From: a phage
Sequence record: PZ809289.1
Direction: 5' to 3' (one strand)
Length of the DNA stretch: 64,000 nt
Both the position numbers and the translations under genes were made by a program. The notes beneath the pieces are model-generated. The model did not search any database. It worked only from the letters and a program-made list of their open reading frames with translations, and had not been told where the DNA came from. Of the stretch, positions 52,086-61,322 are shown piece after piece (the stretch's first letter is position 1; the number at the start of each line of letters is the position of its first letter).

Positions 52086-52455
52086 TTTCGTACCCGGTCG
52101 AGGGTCTGAAGTGGATTCTTATATTGGTTGGCTACTGGTTTCTTTAGCCTATTTTAAGTCAGCCCATTTAGAAACCAAAAGCTATGCAAGACACAAAGCG
52201 TATGACTTCTATTATGTAGAAGTTCAAGGACCGCTGGACCAATTTAGTGAGCAATATCTTGGGTTCAGTGGCAAAGAATATAAAGCATCATTACCGTCTG
52301 CTTCAGACTTGCCTAAGGACCCGGTAGATTTTCTTGACGAGCTTCTTAAAGCATCTGATAAAATCTATGACACCCTTCCTAAGGCCATCCAGTCGACTTT
52401 GGACGATATCACTGGCGTCTTTTACCAGACTAAGTATTTGCTGACGTTAGAATAA
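52072..52455 (+). CDS. Hypothetical protein
   Basis: 127 aa; followed by rho-independent terminator. Confidence 0.5.
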   Translation: MKFNDFVPGRGSEVDSYIGWLLVSLAYFKSAHLETKSYARHKAYDFYYVEVQGPLDQFSEQYLGFSGKEYKASLPSASDLPKDPVDFLDELLKASDKIYDTLPKAIQSTLDDITGVFYQTKYLLTLE

Positions 52456-52460
52456 TCAAA

Positions 52461-52486
52461 GGTCTCACTTCGGTGGGACCTTTTTT
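52461..52486 (+). terminator. Rho-independent terminator
   Basis: GGTCTCAC-TTCG-GTGGGACC + T6. Confidence 0.6.
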
Positions 52487-52495
52487 CGTTTAGGT

Positions 52496-52524
52496 GTTTA
52501 CATCCTCTAGGAACATGATACTAT
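52496..52524 (+). promoter_or_regulatory. Early promoter cassette
   Basis: GTTTAC, 17 bp, TACTATAGACCTATCAA. Confidence 0.55.
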
Positions 52525-52552
52525 AGACCTATCAACTAATGAGGAGAACAGT

Positions 52553-52789
52553 ATGAAACTTACAAGTACTACGGTTTCATTAGAATATGAAATCAACGGT
52601 CGTATCCTTGAGATTAAGATATTCGACGACCGAAGTATCTTCGCTGATTATCGAGGATACAGAATTCGTCTAGAAAAGGACGAGCTCAAGGAACCGTGGC
52701 TCCTTAAAGACACATTAAAGGGTTGTGGATGTAAACTGAATACTACTCAAGCCCAAGAATTAATTTCTACTATCAACAAATACTGGTGA
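52553..52789 (+). CDS. Hypothetical protein
   Basis: 78 aa; early promoter upstream. Confidence 0.45.
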   Translation: MKLTSTTVSLEYEINGRILEIKIFDDRSIFADYRGYRIRLEKDELKEPWLLKDTLKGCGCKLNTTQAQELISTINKYW

Positions 52790-52793
52790 TATT

Positions 52794-52976
52794 ATGTTAA
52801 CTACTGAACAGATTGAACAAATCCTTAAACTAGCTACTGCTATTGAACGTGATTCTTATGATAGTGCAGTAGAACATTGCGAAGGCTATTCATATTCCGC
52901 AATAGAGCAGTGTAAACGAGATTTGGATAACTCTAAAGCGGCATTGGTTGAGTATCTTAATGAGTTGAAAGCATAA
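52794..52976 (+). CDS. Hypothetical protein
   Basis: 60 aa ORF. Confidence 0.4.
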   Translation: MLTTEQIEQILKLATAIERDSYDSAVEHCEGYSYSAIEQCKRDLDNSKAALVEYLNELKA

Positions 52977-53097
52977 TGGCTGATGGCACAGGAACATGAA
53001 GATGATTTATTACTTAGAACCCTGGGCTTGGTCAACAATGATTATAGGCCCTATTTTAATCGGTTTATTCTTTTCATGGTTAGTGAGGAAATTGTAA

Positions 53098-53295
53098 ATG
53101 TTATACGATCCAAATGGTTGTTCTGAAGATGGTGTGATTGCCCTTTTAGCAGATGTTGAAGAATCTGACGATGACGTCTTTGTTAAAGATTGGGAAGAAA
53201 AAGGTGGAATCACGCTCCAACAAGAAAATGATATGATTTGTCTGAATGCAGACCAAGTCGAAGAGCTTTATAGTATTTTAAAACATAACCGTTGA
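53098..53295 (+). CDS. Small acidic protein
   Basis: 65 aa, Asp/Glu-rich. Confidence 0.4.
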   Translation: MLYDPNGCSEDGVIALLADVEESDDDVFVKDWEEKGGITLQQENDMICLNADQVEELYSILKHNR

Positions 53296-53305
53296 GGAAT
53301 AGAAA

Positions 53306-53866
53306 ATGATTATTGAAACAACTGAATTGTTTGGCGAACTGTCCGCTGAAGTAGTTAATAACGCAATTGAGCTTTCACAAGAAGACGATAAAATCGTACT
53401 GACTATCGCTGATATTAAACCGCTTTATGATTTAATGGTTTTAGATAGACACGATTATCTTAACGGTCGGGCTAGTGCTCCTATCGATATCAATGATGAT
53501 ATGTTTGCCTATATCTATAAAAATGAAACCGGGTTTAATCTGGAAAATGGTATTGAATGTCTGAGCATCAGCGATTCTGATAAATTCTTTGATTGTATTT
53601 TCAAACTGTTCCAGGAAGAATGCAAGCCGGAAGTTGAATGGAAAGTCCCTGGCCAAGATGCCGTGATTCGTTCTAGTGAAACCTTTGAAGGTGATGAAGA
53701 AGAACTGAATTATGATACTGAATTAACCGTGTATCAACATCAGGGCCGTGATTTGTTATCCTTGACCCAAAGACACGATGGTGAAAGTGAAGTGGTATTT
53801 ACTAAAGACGAACTAAAAGTTTTAGTCTCTTATCTGAACTCTGTTATCCCAACTATGAACTCTTAA
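53306..53866 (+). CDS. Acidic protein
   Basis: 186 aa, strongly Asp/Glu-rich. Confidence 0.5.
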   Translation: MIIETTELFGELSAEVVNNAIELSQEDDKIVLTIADIKPLYDLMVLDRHDYLNGRASAPIDINDDMFAYIYKNETGFNLENGIECLSISDSDKFFDCIFKLFQEECKPEVEWKVPGQDAVIRSSETFEGDEEELNYDTELTVYQHQGRDLLSLTQRHDGESEVVFTKDELKVLVSYLNSVIPTMNS

Positions 53867-53876
53867 GGAAAATATT

Positions 53877-54329
53877 ATGATTATCAATGCAAACTCTTGG
53901 CACGCTAAACTTCATGACCGTTTTTATGACAGTCATTCTCGACCGCACTCTTTATGTGCTTACTTCTGGAAAATGGTTTGGGCTTGTTTTGCTTGTGCTG
54001 TTGTTGCAGGTAGTACGCTTTTTGGATTAACTGTTGCAGGTGTTGGTGTATTAGAGCATTTCTTTGTATTAAGTACCCCTGTTCTGTTGAGTCTAGGGTT
54101 TGTTTTAGGATTGGTTGCAATAGCTCTTATTATTGCGCTATCCATTGGTTTGGCATTAGGTGTGATGAATTTACACGCATGGTATGATGCACGTAGAGAA
54201 GAAAAGGAATGGCAACGTATTCAAGCTGAGCGTGAAGGCCGAGAAACTAAAGAAAATATCGTTATTCAATACATTAAAGCTCGTAAATCTAAGGTCTGTC
54301 CGGTAATCCACTTCGAGGACAAAGAATGA
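53877..54329 (+). CDS. Membrane protein
   Basis: 150 aa with about three hydrophobic helices; stop overlaps next start (ATGA). Confidence 0.5.
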   Translation: MIINANSWHAKLHDRFYDSHSRPHSLCAYFWKMVWACFACAVVAGSTLFGLTVAGVGVLEHFFVLSTPVLLSLGFVLGLVAIALIIALSIGLALGVMNLHAWYDARREEKEWQRIQAEREGRETKENIVIQYIKARKSKVCPVIHFEDKE

Positions 54330-55336
54330 GAACAGTTATGAAAGGCTACTTCGGTAGCCACCTTTATGGAACAAGTACTCCGGAATCTGACGTCGATTTT
54401 AAAGAAATCTTTGTTCCACATCCGCGTGATATTCTGTTAGGTACGGCTATGAACCATACCAACCTGAATACGAATAACACTGCTTCCAAAAACACTAAAG
54501 ATGATGTTGACCATGAGCTTTACAGCCTGAAATATTTCTTTAAACTAGCGGCTGAAGGCGAAACCGTTGCTCTGGACATGATTCATACTCCACCTGAACT
54601 GGTGGTTAAATCTGATTTACCTGATGTATGGAAATTTATCCAAGACAATCGTTCTCGGTTCTATACGACTAACATGAAAGCCTATTTAGGGTACGTCCGT
54701 AAGCAAGCTTCTAAATATGGTGTTAAGGGTTCTCGACTAGCTGCACTGCGTGGTGTACTGGCTATTGTTAACCAGATTCCTGAACAGTGGGTCGATTATC
54801 AAGAAGATGGTTCGACTAAACAACGTCGTACTAAGGTAGAAGATATTAAACATCGACTCCCTGAAAATGAGTTCTGTGAATGGGTATTCCATAACCATGA
54901 GAAAACAGGCCCTCAAACGTTCTATACTGTTCTAGGACGTAAGTACCAAACTACTTTGTCTTTAATCGAGCTCAAGCAATCTCTGAATAAGCTTGATGCT
55001 GAATATGGCGAACGTGCTCGTAAGGCTGAAGCTAATGAAGGTATTGACTGGAAAGCTCTGAGCCATGCTTATCGGGCTGGATATCAATTGTTGGAAATCT
55101 ACCAAACAGGCGACCTGGTATTCCCATTGCGCGAAGCCTCTATCATTAAGCTGATTAAGGCCGGTGAACTTCCATTTAAAGAGGTCCAAGAACTTCTTGA
55201 AGACACTGTTGATTTAGTCGAAGTACTGGCTATCCAGGCTCATAAGAACGGTATGCCTGCTAAGGTAGATATGAAGTTCTGGGACAAGTTTGTTGAAGAG
55301 GTATACCTTGACAACCACAACTCTTATTATCGATAA
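54326..55336 (+). CDS. Nucleotidyltransferase-fold protein (Pol-beta superfamily)
   Basis: 336 aa; N-terminal GSHLYGTSTPESDVDF fits hG[GS]x9-13Dh[DE] with a later acidic residue (VALDMIH). Confidence 0.55.
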   Translation: MRTVMKGYFGSHLYGTSTPESDVDFKEIFVPHPRDILLGTAMNHTNLNTNNTASKNTKDDVDHELYSLKYFFKLAAEGETVALDMIHTPPELVVKSDLPDVWKFIQDNRSRFYTTNMKAYLGYVRKQASKYGVKGSRLAALRGVLAIVNQIPEQWVDYQEDGSTKQRRTKVEDIKHRLPENEFCEWVFHNHEKTGPQTFYTVLGRKYQTTLSLIELKQSLNKLDAEYGERARKAEANEGIDWKALSHAYRAGYQLLEIYQTGDLVFPLREASIIKLIKAGELPFKEVQELLEDTVDLVEVLAIQAHKNGMPAKVDMKFWDKFVEEVYLDNHNSYYR

Positions 55337-55343
55337 CGAAGAA

Positions 55344-55532
55344 ATGAAGGTCTTTTTATCATATGGAAGACCCCATAAAACCCGACGTTGGTATCTTGAA
55401 GCTGTCTGTAAAGAAACCGGACGTCGAGTCAATATCAAGTACGTGTGCAAACCTACGCCTAAACAGACAAGACAATTTGTTAACTGGGCTATAAATGATA
55501 TACGCTTCCATAATTTTTGGAGCGCAATTTAG
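55344..55532 (+). CDS. Small basic protein
   Basis: 62 aa from ATG 55344; followed by terminator. Confidence 0.4.
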   Translation: MKVFLSYGRPHKTRRWYLEAVCKETGRRVNIKYVCKPTPKQTRQFVNWAINDIRFHNFWSAI

Positions 55533-55553
55533 GAACCTTCGGGTTCCTTTTTT
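55532..55553 (+). terminator. Rho-independent terminator
   Basis: GGAACC-TTCG-GGTTCC + T6. Confidence 0.6.
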
Positions 55554-55573
55554 GGGTTTAGTGCAAAAAAAGA

Positions 55574-55602
55574 GTTTACACCTTCGTAGAGCATGTTATT
55601 AT
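55574..55602 (+). promoter_or_regulatory. Early promoter cassette
   Basis: GTTTAC, 17 bp, TATTAT. Confidence 0.5.
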
Positions 55603-55639
55603 GGACCTATCAAATCTACTGAGTGAAATGGAGAATATA

Positions 55640-56620
55640 ATGTTAACTATCAAAATCAACAAAGGTATCTATCGCGGTAATGTAATCTCCGGTACGTTCA
55701 TGAGTTCAGGTAAAACCTGGTTCCCTAATAAAATTCATGAATCCGAAGCTCACCTCGGTGATGGTAAGGTATTTGTACAGATTGATGGTGTTGAACGTGG
55801 TGTATGGGTGTTCAAATGTGACGTTGAAATGGAAGGTGCTGAAGCTCCTGCAGTTGTTACTGAATCCGCTGAAGAAATGAAACATCGCATTAACAAACGT
55901 TTTAAAGTAATGAACATGATGACTAGTGGAATCATCGATGGTAAAATTCGTTCCCTTATCATCTCTGGTGCCGCAGGTATTGGTAAAACATATTCTTTGG
56001 ATAAAGCATTACAGAATGCCCACGAAAATGAAACTATCGAATATAAATCAATCAACGGAAAGATTAGTGGAATCGGTCTTTACGAGCAGCTTTGGAATAA
56101 CCGCGGCCCTAATAGTGTTCTTCTTATTGATGATGTTGATGTATTCTCTGATATGGATATCCTGAACCTGTTAAAAGCAGCATTGGATACTGGTGAAAAA
56201 CGTAAGGTGTGCTGGAGCACTTCAAGTTCTTATCTTGATGATAAAAATATCGATAAAGAATTTGAGTATGAAGGCACCATCGTGTTCATCACCAACGTTG
56301 ATATTGACCGTGAATTAGAGCGTGGAACTAAACTTGCTCCACACCTCCAGGCTTTAGTATCTCGTTCAGTTTACTTAGACCTCGGAGTTCACTCTAACGA
56401 AGAGATTATGGTTCGTGTTGAAGACGTTATCCTGTCCACTGATATGATGCAAAACCGTGGTCTGACTGATGCCGAGACTTACCAAGCTTTAGCATGGATG
56501 AAGGCTAATGTATCTCGTCTTCGTAACGTATCATTACGTACAGCTCTTTATCTGGCGGACTTCATTGCCACCGATAAAAATGACTGGAGCGAAATCGCTG
56601 AAGTTACACTTCTGAAATAA
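55640..56620 (+). CDS. AAA+ family ATPase
   Basis: Walker A GAAGIGKTY, Walker B VLLIDDVD; ATG 55640 after conserved leader. Confidence 0.6.
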   Translation: MLTIKINKGIYRGNVISGTFMSSGKTWFPNKIHESEAHLGDGKVFVQIDGVERGVWVFKCDVEMEGAEAPAVVTESAEEMKHRINKRFKVMNMMTSGIIDGKIRSLIISGAAGIGKTYSLDKALQNAHENETIEYKSINGKISGIGLYEQLWNNRGPNSVLLIDDVDVFSDMDILNLLKAALDTGEKRKVCWSTSSSYLDDKNIDKEFEYEGTIVFITNVDIDRELERGTKLAPHLQALVSRSVYLDLGVHSNEEIMVRVEDVILSTDMMQNRGLTDAETYQALAWMKANVSRLRNVSLRTALYLADFIATDKNDWSEIAEVTLLK

Positions 56621-56629
56621 GGGTGAATT

Positions 56630-56971
56630 ATGTTTGAACAATTTAGTTATGACCTTATAAAAGCAGAGTTGAAGTACTCTAATGCCGTGAAACAGTCCGT
56701 CGAGGACTATGATAAAGAACTTATCGATGGATATACTAATAGAGTTTATAAAACTGATTGTGAAGAAGGAGACTACAAGAGACTGCTCTTGGCCGCGAAG
56801 ACCCAGGCCTTAATAAATCTAGACCGCAAGCAGGTAAAGTTGGCAGGCGACTTCCGAGATGAACTCTGCGCCATCAGGAATGAATATCGCATTCGTATTG
56901 AACACCAACGGAAAGAGAACACCCAATCCGCCTGGTTTAGTGGTCAAGCCGGTGAAAAAAGTTTCTATTAG
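56630..56971 (+). CDS. Hypothetical protein
   Basis: 113 aa ORF. Confidence 0.45.
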   Translation: MFEQFSYDLIKAELKYSNAVKQSVEDYDKELIDGYTNRVYKTDCEEGDYKRLLLAAKTQALINLDRKQVKLAGDFRDELCAIRNEYRIRIEHQRKENTQSAWFSGQAGEKSFY

Positions 56972-56973
56972 TT

Positions 56974-57024
56974 GTTTACATCTCCAGTAGAAATGATACT
57001 ATAGACCTATCAACTACTGGAGGT
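56974..57024 (+). promoter_or_regulatory. Early promoter cassette with flanking IR
   Basis: Arms ATCTCCAGTAG/CTACTGGAGGT, compensatory relative to denV cassette. Confidence 0.6.
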
Positions 57025-57028
57025 TAAC

Positions 57029-57553
57029 ATGAACGCTAAAGATATTTTTTCACTCATCAATTATAACAATGGTAATTTCAAATCCGAAAAACAAAGCAAG
57101 TTCTTTAACGACGTTGCTTGTGGTAATGAGATTACTGTATCTGGAGGAGAGATTTACAAAAGCCGTTGGAACTGGATTGTTGTCATCGATTCAGTTGGTA
57201 TTGTAGAGCTCTATAAAAACACTAACAAAAAACGTACTCTTCACTGGAGTCGTGAAACCAATCAAGCTTATCAAGCTGAACGTAACAAACGTTTAATGCC
57301 TACCGAATCTGACCTGGCAAACGTTAAATCTGATATCGCTTATTTCGATAATCTGATTGCTGAACAACAAGCAGTTATTGATAAGTTTGACGAAATCAAA
57401 GCTTGTAAAGAGATTCCTGAATTTATGCGGGAATCAGTAAACGAACAGTACGCCCTCACTTCAGGTCGTATCGAGCAGTACAAATCACAACGAGCTGAAC
57501 GCCAAGCTCTGCTTCATAAATTTGAAGAGCGTTTAAAGACGGTTCTCGCATAA
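57029..57553 (+). CDS. Hypothetical protein
   Basis: 174 aa; early promoter upstream. Confidence 0.5.
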   Translation: MNAKDIFSLINYNNGNFKSEKQSKFFNDVACGNEITVSGGEIYKSRWNWIVVIDSVGIVELYKNTNKKRTLHWSRETNQAYQAERNKRLMPTESDLANVKSDIAYFDNLIAEQQAVIDKFDEIKACKEIPEFMRESVNEQYALTSGRIEQYKSQRAERQALLHKFEERLKTVLA

Positions 57554-57570
57554 ACGCTTTATACCAAGGA

Positions 57571-57600
57571 TGGTATAATGGTTCTAGGTTCTTAATTACT
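57571..57600 (+). promoter_or_regulatory. Extended -10 promoter-like element (TGGTATAAT)
   Basis: Near-identical copy at 4849-4880. Confidence 0.4.
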
Positions 57601-57616
57601 TACTGAGGAAATTATT

Positions 57617-58459
57617 ATGTCACAGGCAATTAATCAAATTCGTTCTGAAGTTAAAAAAGTTATTAAATTTGGTCGTATTCCACTGAATAAAGAAGTGGTT
57701 GAAAAGGTTTTGGCCATGATGTGGGAAAAGTTTGAAGTTTGTATTTCTGTAGATGAATTCACTAAAATATTTGACAAGACTAAAGGTTTGTTTACGTTAG
57801 AAGACCGAGTCATGAAATCTCTTCACAGGGCCGGTATGTTGACTCGTGCTAACGCCAGAATTATTCTTAGAAATTATAACAAAGGCTATGACCTCTATGG
57901 TCGTTTAATTCCAGCGATGTCATTTGATGAAGTTGTTAAAGACCTTCGTACTAACCAACGTCGTTTACTAGCACTGGGTGCTCGCCTTGCAAAAGGTCAA
58001 GATAAGCAAATGCCATTTAAGACTAATGGTTCAGGCGATTGGATTATCTTTAATATTGTCAACCAACCAGGTAACGAAAACGAGTATCTTACTTCAACTT
58101 TTAGTGGTTGTCAATATGACAACTGGAAATTCCATCTTCGATTGGCTTTGTCCGAACTCGAACGTAGTGGTATTCTTACCTTCGATAATGTTAATACCAG
58201 TACAGGCTGGCGTATTAAACTTGTTAAGCCAGGTAATGATGTTAAGAGTCATTCAGAAGCTCCTAAACCGGAACCTGTACCAGTGCGCAGCAATGAGAAG
58301 CACCAAGCTCAAATCGAGTATTTTAGCAATTTGCTTACTTGTCTTAATGTTACAATTCAACAACAAGATGATGAGATTTTCCGACTCTCTGGTCTGAATG
58401 CTAAAGCCAAGGCTGAACGTCAAAAATATATCGATATCCTAAATCTTCTTAAGGATTAA
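57617..58459 (+). CDS. Hypothetical protein
   Basis: 280 aa ORF. Confidence 0.5.
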   Translation: MSQAINQIRSEVKKVIKFGRIPLNKEVVEKVLAMMWEKFEVCISVDEFTKIFDKTKGLFTLEDRVMKSLHRAGMLTRANARIILRNYNKGYDLYGRLIPAMSFDEVVKDLRTNQRRLLALGARLAKGQDKQMPFKTNGSGDWIIFNIVNQPGNENEYLTSTFSGCQYDNWKFHLRLALSELERSGILTFDNVNTSTGWRIKLVKPGNDVKSHSEAPKPEPVPVRSNEKHQAQIEYFSNLLTCLNVTIQQQDDEIFRLSGLNAKAKAERQKYIDILNLLKD

Positions 58460-58461
58460 TT

Positions 58462-58677
58462 ATGGAAATTATTGGTTTTATTCTTGCTTATCTTGTGATA
58501 GGATTTATTACTGCTTTGATTGCGCATAAAACAGGCGCGTGGAACCCGGTTAAAATTGAATCAAGCTATGATGCGGTATTCATTACATTTGTATGGCCAG
58601 TATTTTGCTTTGCCTGGTTATGTATGCTAATTCTGTGGCCTATCGCTAAACTCTATGAAAAATTATTTGGACTCTGA
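58462..58677 (+). CDS. Small membrane protein
   Basis: 71 aa, two hydrophobic helices. Confidence 0.45.
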   Translation: MEIIGFILAYLVIGFITALIAHKTGAWNPVKIESSYDAVFITFVWPVFCFAWLCMLILWPIAKLYEKLFGL

Positions 58678-59548
58678 TATGAACATTAAAACACGTAAAG
58701 AATATTCCATCTATGACCATGACACGACTCGTCGTATCGCTATCGATCGGCTGGCAGACTTTGGCCATATTTGTAATGGTAATTATACTTATGGTGTAGG
58801 TCGTAAAGGGACTTATATTAGTTCTTTGAACGATTATTGCCGTTGCCCTGCTCATTTATTTGGTGCAACACTGCGAGCTAATATCAAAGACCTCTTGGCT
58901 ACCGCAGGACGTATTTCTACGGTTCCTGTCAATATCAAGAATATTAATTTTACGGCTCGTAACCTAGTCATTAATATTCTGCCTGACGGTATTCAAGTTC
59001 GTTTCCGTCCTACCTCAAAAGGTAATAAGGCCCTTCGTGAAGCATTCGAAACCTTATTCAGAGAGGCAATGACCCGTATTAAGGCAGTAGAATCATATAA
59101 AGTTACAACCGATGAATATGCTGATTGTTTTGAGCGGGCTGATGCAGTGTATTTTAATGTTAAACTAACTCGTGAATATCTTTTGTCTTATGCCCCTTAT
59201 CAATCCCAACAAAAGGACCCACAAATGGAACGTCGTATCTCTACCGCATCATATGGGCCCGTAGGCCAGTATGCAGCCTATGACAAATTCAAAACCACTG
59301 CTGTACCAAGCCCATTCAATTCCGAACCGTATCATTGGAAAATTAAACCCGAGAATTCTTTGGTGGTTACTAACCCTACGATGAAACCTATCGAGAAGTA
59401 TCATGAGGACCACCTCCAGGAATCAATCCACCGTTTAAACGGTCAGATCGAAGATGAGAAAAAGAGTATCCAAGACGTATTGATTCGCATCAAGAACATG
59501 GAACTCCAGCGTGACAAGCTCCGCGCGGCAGTATTAGCTCTAAAATAA
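58655..59548 (+). CDS. Hypothetical protein
   Basis: ORF-track coordinates; alternative start ATG 58679; coiled-coil C-terminus. Confidence 0.5.
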   Translation: MKNYLDSDMNIKTRKEYSIYDHDTTRRIAIDRLADFGHICNGNYTYGVGRKGTYISSLNDYCRCPAHLFGATLRANIKDLLATAGRISTVPVNIKNINFTARNLVINILPDGIQVRFRPTSKGNKALREAFETLFREAMTRIKAVESYKVTTDEYADCFERADAVYFNVKLTREYLLSYAPYQSQQKDPQMERRISTASYGPVGQYAAYDKFKTTAVPSPFNSEPYHWKIKPENSLVVTNPTMKPIEKYHEDHLQESIHRLNGQIEDEKKSIQDVLIRIKNMELQRDKLRAAVLALK

Positions 59549-59549
59549 T

Positions 59550-59579
59550 GTTTACATCCAAGGATGGATGGAGTATAAT
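59550..59579 (+). promoter_or_regulatory. Early promoter cassette
   Basis: GTTTAC, 18 bp, TATAAT; palindrome CATCCAAGGATGGATG in spacer. Confidence 0.5.
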
Positions 59580-59605
59580 CTTTTAAATCTACTGAGGAGA
59601 ATATC

Positions 59606-60616
59606 ATGACTCGTACTGAATACATCAATGCCTTTACTACGTATATCACTACCAACACCCCTCCGTTAACCCCATACGAGGTAATAGTTTCTAATATCAA
59701 TAAATGGGTCGACCAAATTGATGATGCATTATCGCGCTGTTTCAAAGCTGAAATCGAAAAGATTGCAGGCCGTTTGTGCATTCATGATATCATTAAAACA
59801 TTTAAAGGTTCTCGACTGCTTTCGCGCCTGGTCAATAAGGACATCCTTTCTGAGTTCGGTAAAGAGAAATATCCAGGTTCCAACCGTGTTGTTAACTACA
59901 AATGGTTTGGTGATACCATAAAAGGTTATATCAAAATTAAAGGTATGGACCCTAATAGTTTATTTCCGCAACGTTGGGTTAGCGAATTCAAGGCTAACTC
60001 TGCATTAATTCTCAAAGCGGCCTCTAAAACTATAGTTTCCGGTGATTGTCGTACTATTCACCCGATGGCTAATTGCATGATTAAAACAAATAGTTATAAA
60101 GGAAAAGCTATTATTTCTGTTATTTGGTCACCTAATAGGAAACCTAAAGATGATGTGGAAGTTGTAAAGTATCAAGATATTGCTTACGATACCTTGAATA
60201 CTATCGAACAAGCTTTAGCTCTGATGGATACCGTAGAGAAATATGAGACCCAAGAAGTTAAACACCACTTAGGCTGGAAAGGATATGAAGTCTTAGTAAC
60301 AGTCCGTGAAATCAAATGTACCGTTCCAAAAACTGATGCTGAAATTTACAAAGAAAAATGTGAGGAAATTGTGAACACTGATAAAGAGCCTGCTACATTA
60401 GAAGATTTGATTAACGACTTGAACAGCCCTATCATGGCCCCTACACCAATTACTAAATCCAAGTTACCGGAAGTCGTTGCCTTGGAAAAAGCGTATAAAG
60501 ACGCCCTTGCTATCAACAAAAAACTGGCCGGGCAATATACTGCTGCCAAGAAACTTTGGGAAGAGTCTACCAATCGTTTAGACCGTCTTGAACAAGCTCT
60601 GGAGCTGTTGAAATGA
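59606..60616 (+). CDS. Hypothetical protein
   Basis: 336 aa; coiled-coil C-terminus; early promoter upstream. Confidence 0.5.
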   Translation: MTRTEYINAFTTYITTNTPPLTPYEVIVSNINKWVDQIDDALSRCFKAEIEKIAGRLCIHDIIKTFKGSRLLSRLVNKDILSEFGKEKYPGSNRVVNYKWFGDTIKGYIKIKGMDPNSLFPQRWVSEFKANSALILKAASKTIVSGDCRTIHPMANCMIKTNSYKGKAIISVIWSPNRKPKDDVEVVKYQDIAYDTLNTIEQALALMDTVEKYETQEVKHHLGWKGYEVLVTVREIKCTVPKTDAEIYKEKCEEIVNTDKEPATLEDLINDLNSPIMAPTPITKSKLPEVVALEKAYKDALAINKKLAGQYTAAKKLWEESTNRLDRLEQALELLK

Positions 60617-60834
60617 AATACCAATTAGCTGAAGATATTGACCAAACTATTCCTGATTGGAATGCCATTATTAAAATTGTCGAACGTCGTGAAAAAGCTT
60701 CTAAGAACGTTCCGAACTGTCCGGAATGTGGAACTGAACAGGTTCAATTGGTCCATTGGCAGACTAGTAATCTTCGTTACAAATGCCGCCATTGTAAACA
60801 TAAATTTGAGCGAGAAGAAAATGGCAAAGCGTAA
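60613..60834 (+). CDS. Zinc-ribbon protein
   Basis: 73 aa; CPECG...CRHCKHKF. Confidence 0.5.
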   Translation: MKYQLAEDIDQTIPDWNAIIKIVERREKASKNVPNCPECGTEQVQLVHWQTSNLRYKCRHCKHKFEREENGKA

Positions 60835-60839
60835 AGAAT

Positions 60840-61057
60840 ATGTAGAGGCTGCCGATAAGGCAGTCCGCGAACTTACTCTAGCTTATTATAAAGAGCACGG
60901 TAAATTTCCGGACAGTTATTCAGTATTGAAATCTGCTTTAACTCGCTCGTATAATAATATACTATCTGATGTGTATAATTTAAAATATGAGCACATGGAA
61001 AAATATGGAACAGAACTTGACCGTTCTGAAGCATTCAAACAAATATTAGGAATTTAA
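60840..61057 (+). CDS. Hypothetical protein
   Basis: 72 aa from ATG 60840. Confidence 0.4.
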
Positions 61058-61058
61058 A

Positions 61059-61322
61059 ATGTTTAAAGTTTATGGTTATGATTCAAATATTCACCGTTGT
61101 GTTTTCTGTGATAATGCCAAACGACTGCTTGATGTTAAGAAACAACCTTACGAATTCATTAACGTGATGCCGGAAAAAGGTGTATTTGATGATGAGAAGA
61201 TTGCTCAACTCCTGGCTGCGCTTGGTCGCGAATCTCAAATCGGTTTGACCATGCCGCAAGTATTTGCTCCGGACGGAACTTCTATTGGTGGCTTTGACCA
61301 ACTGCGAGCGTATTTCAAATGA
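61059..61322 (+). CDS. nrdC: Glutaredoxin/thioredoxin NrdC
   Basis: 87 aa; MFKVYGYDSNIHRCVFCDNAKRLL... CxxC active site; matches T4 nrdC. Confidence 0.85.
   Translation: MFKVYGYDSNIHRCVFCDNAKRLLDVKKQPYEFINVMPEKGVFDDEKIAQLLAALGRESQIGLTMPQVFAPDGTSIGGFDQLRAYFK

Noticed and set aside
54326-55336. Calling the nucleotidyltransferase a CBASS-type cyclic-nucleotide synthase
   Set aside because: Only the generic Pol-beta motif is visible; no adjacent effector or Cap-like genes and no family-specific features I can verify without a profile search. Kept as a generic NTase-fold call.
31833-59579. Possible CRISPR array suggested by recurring ~40-bp repeats
   Set aside because: Repeats are kb apart, each precedes a gene start with RBS, and they contain -35/-10 promoter elements; not a regularly spaced repeat-spacer array.
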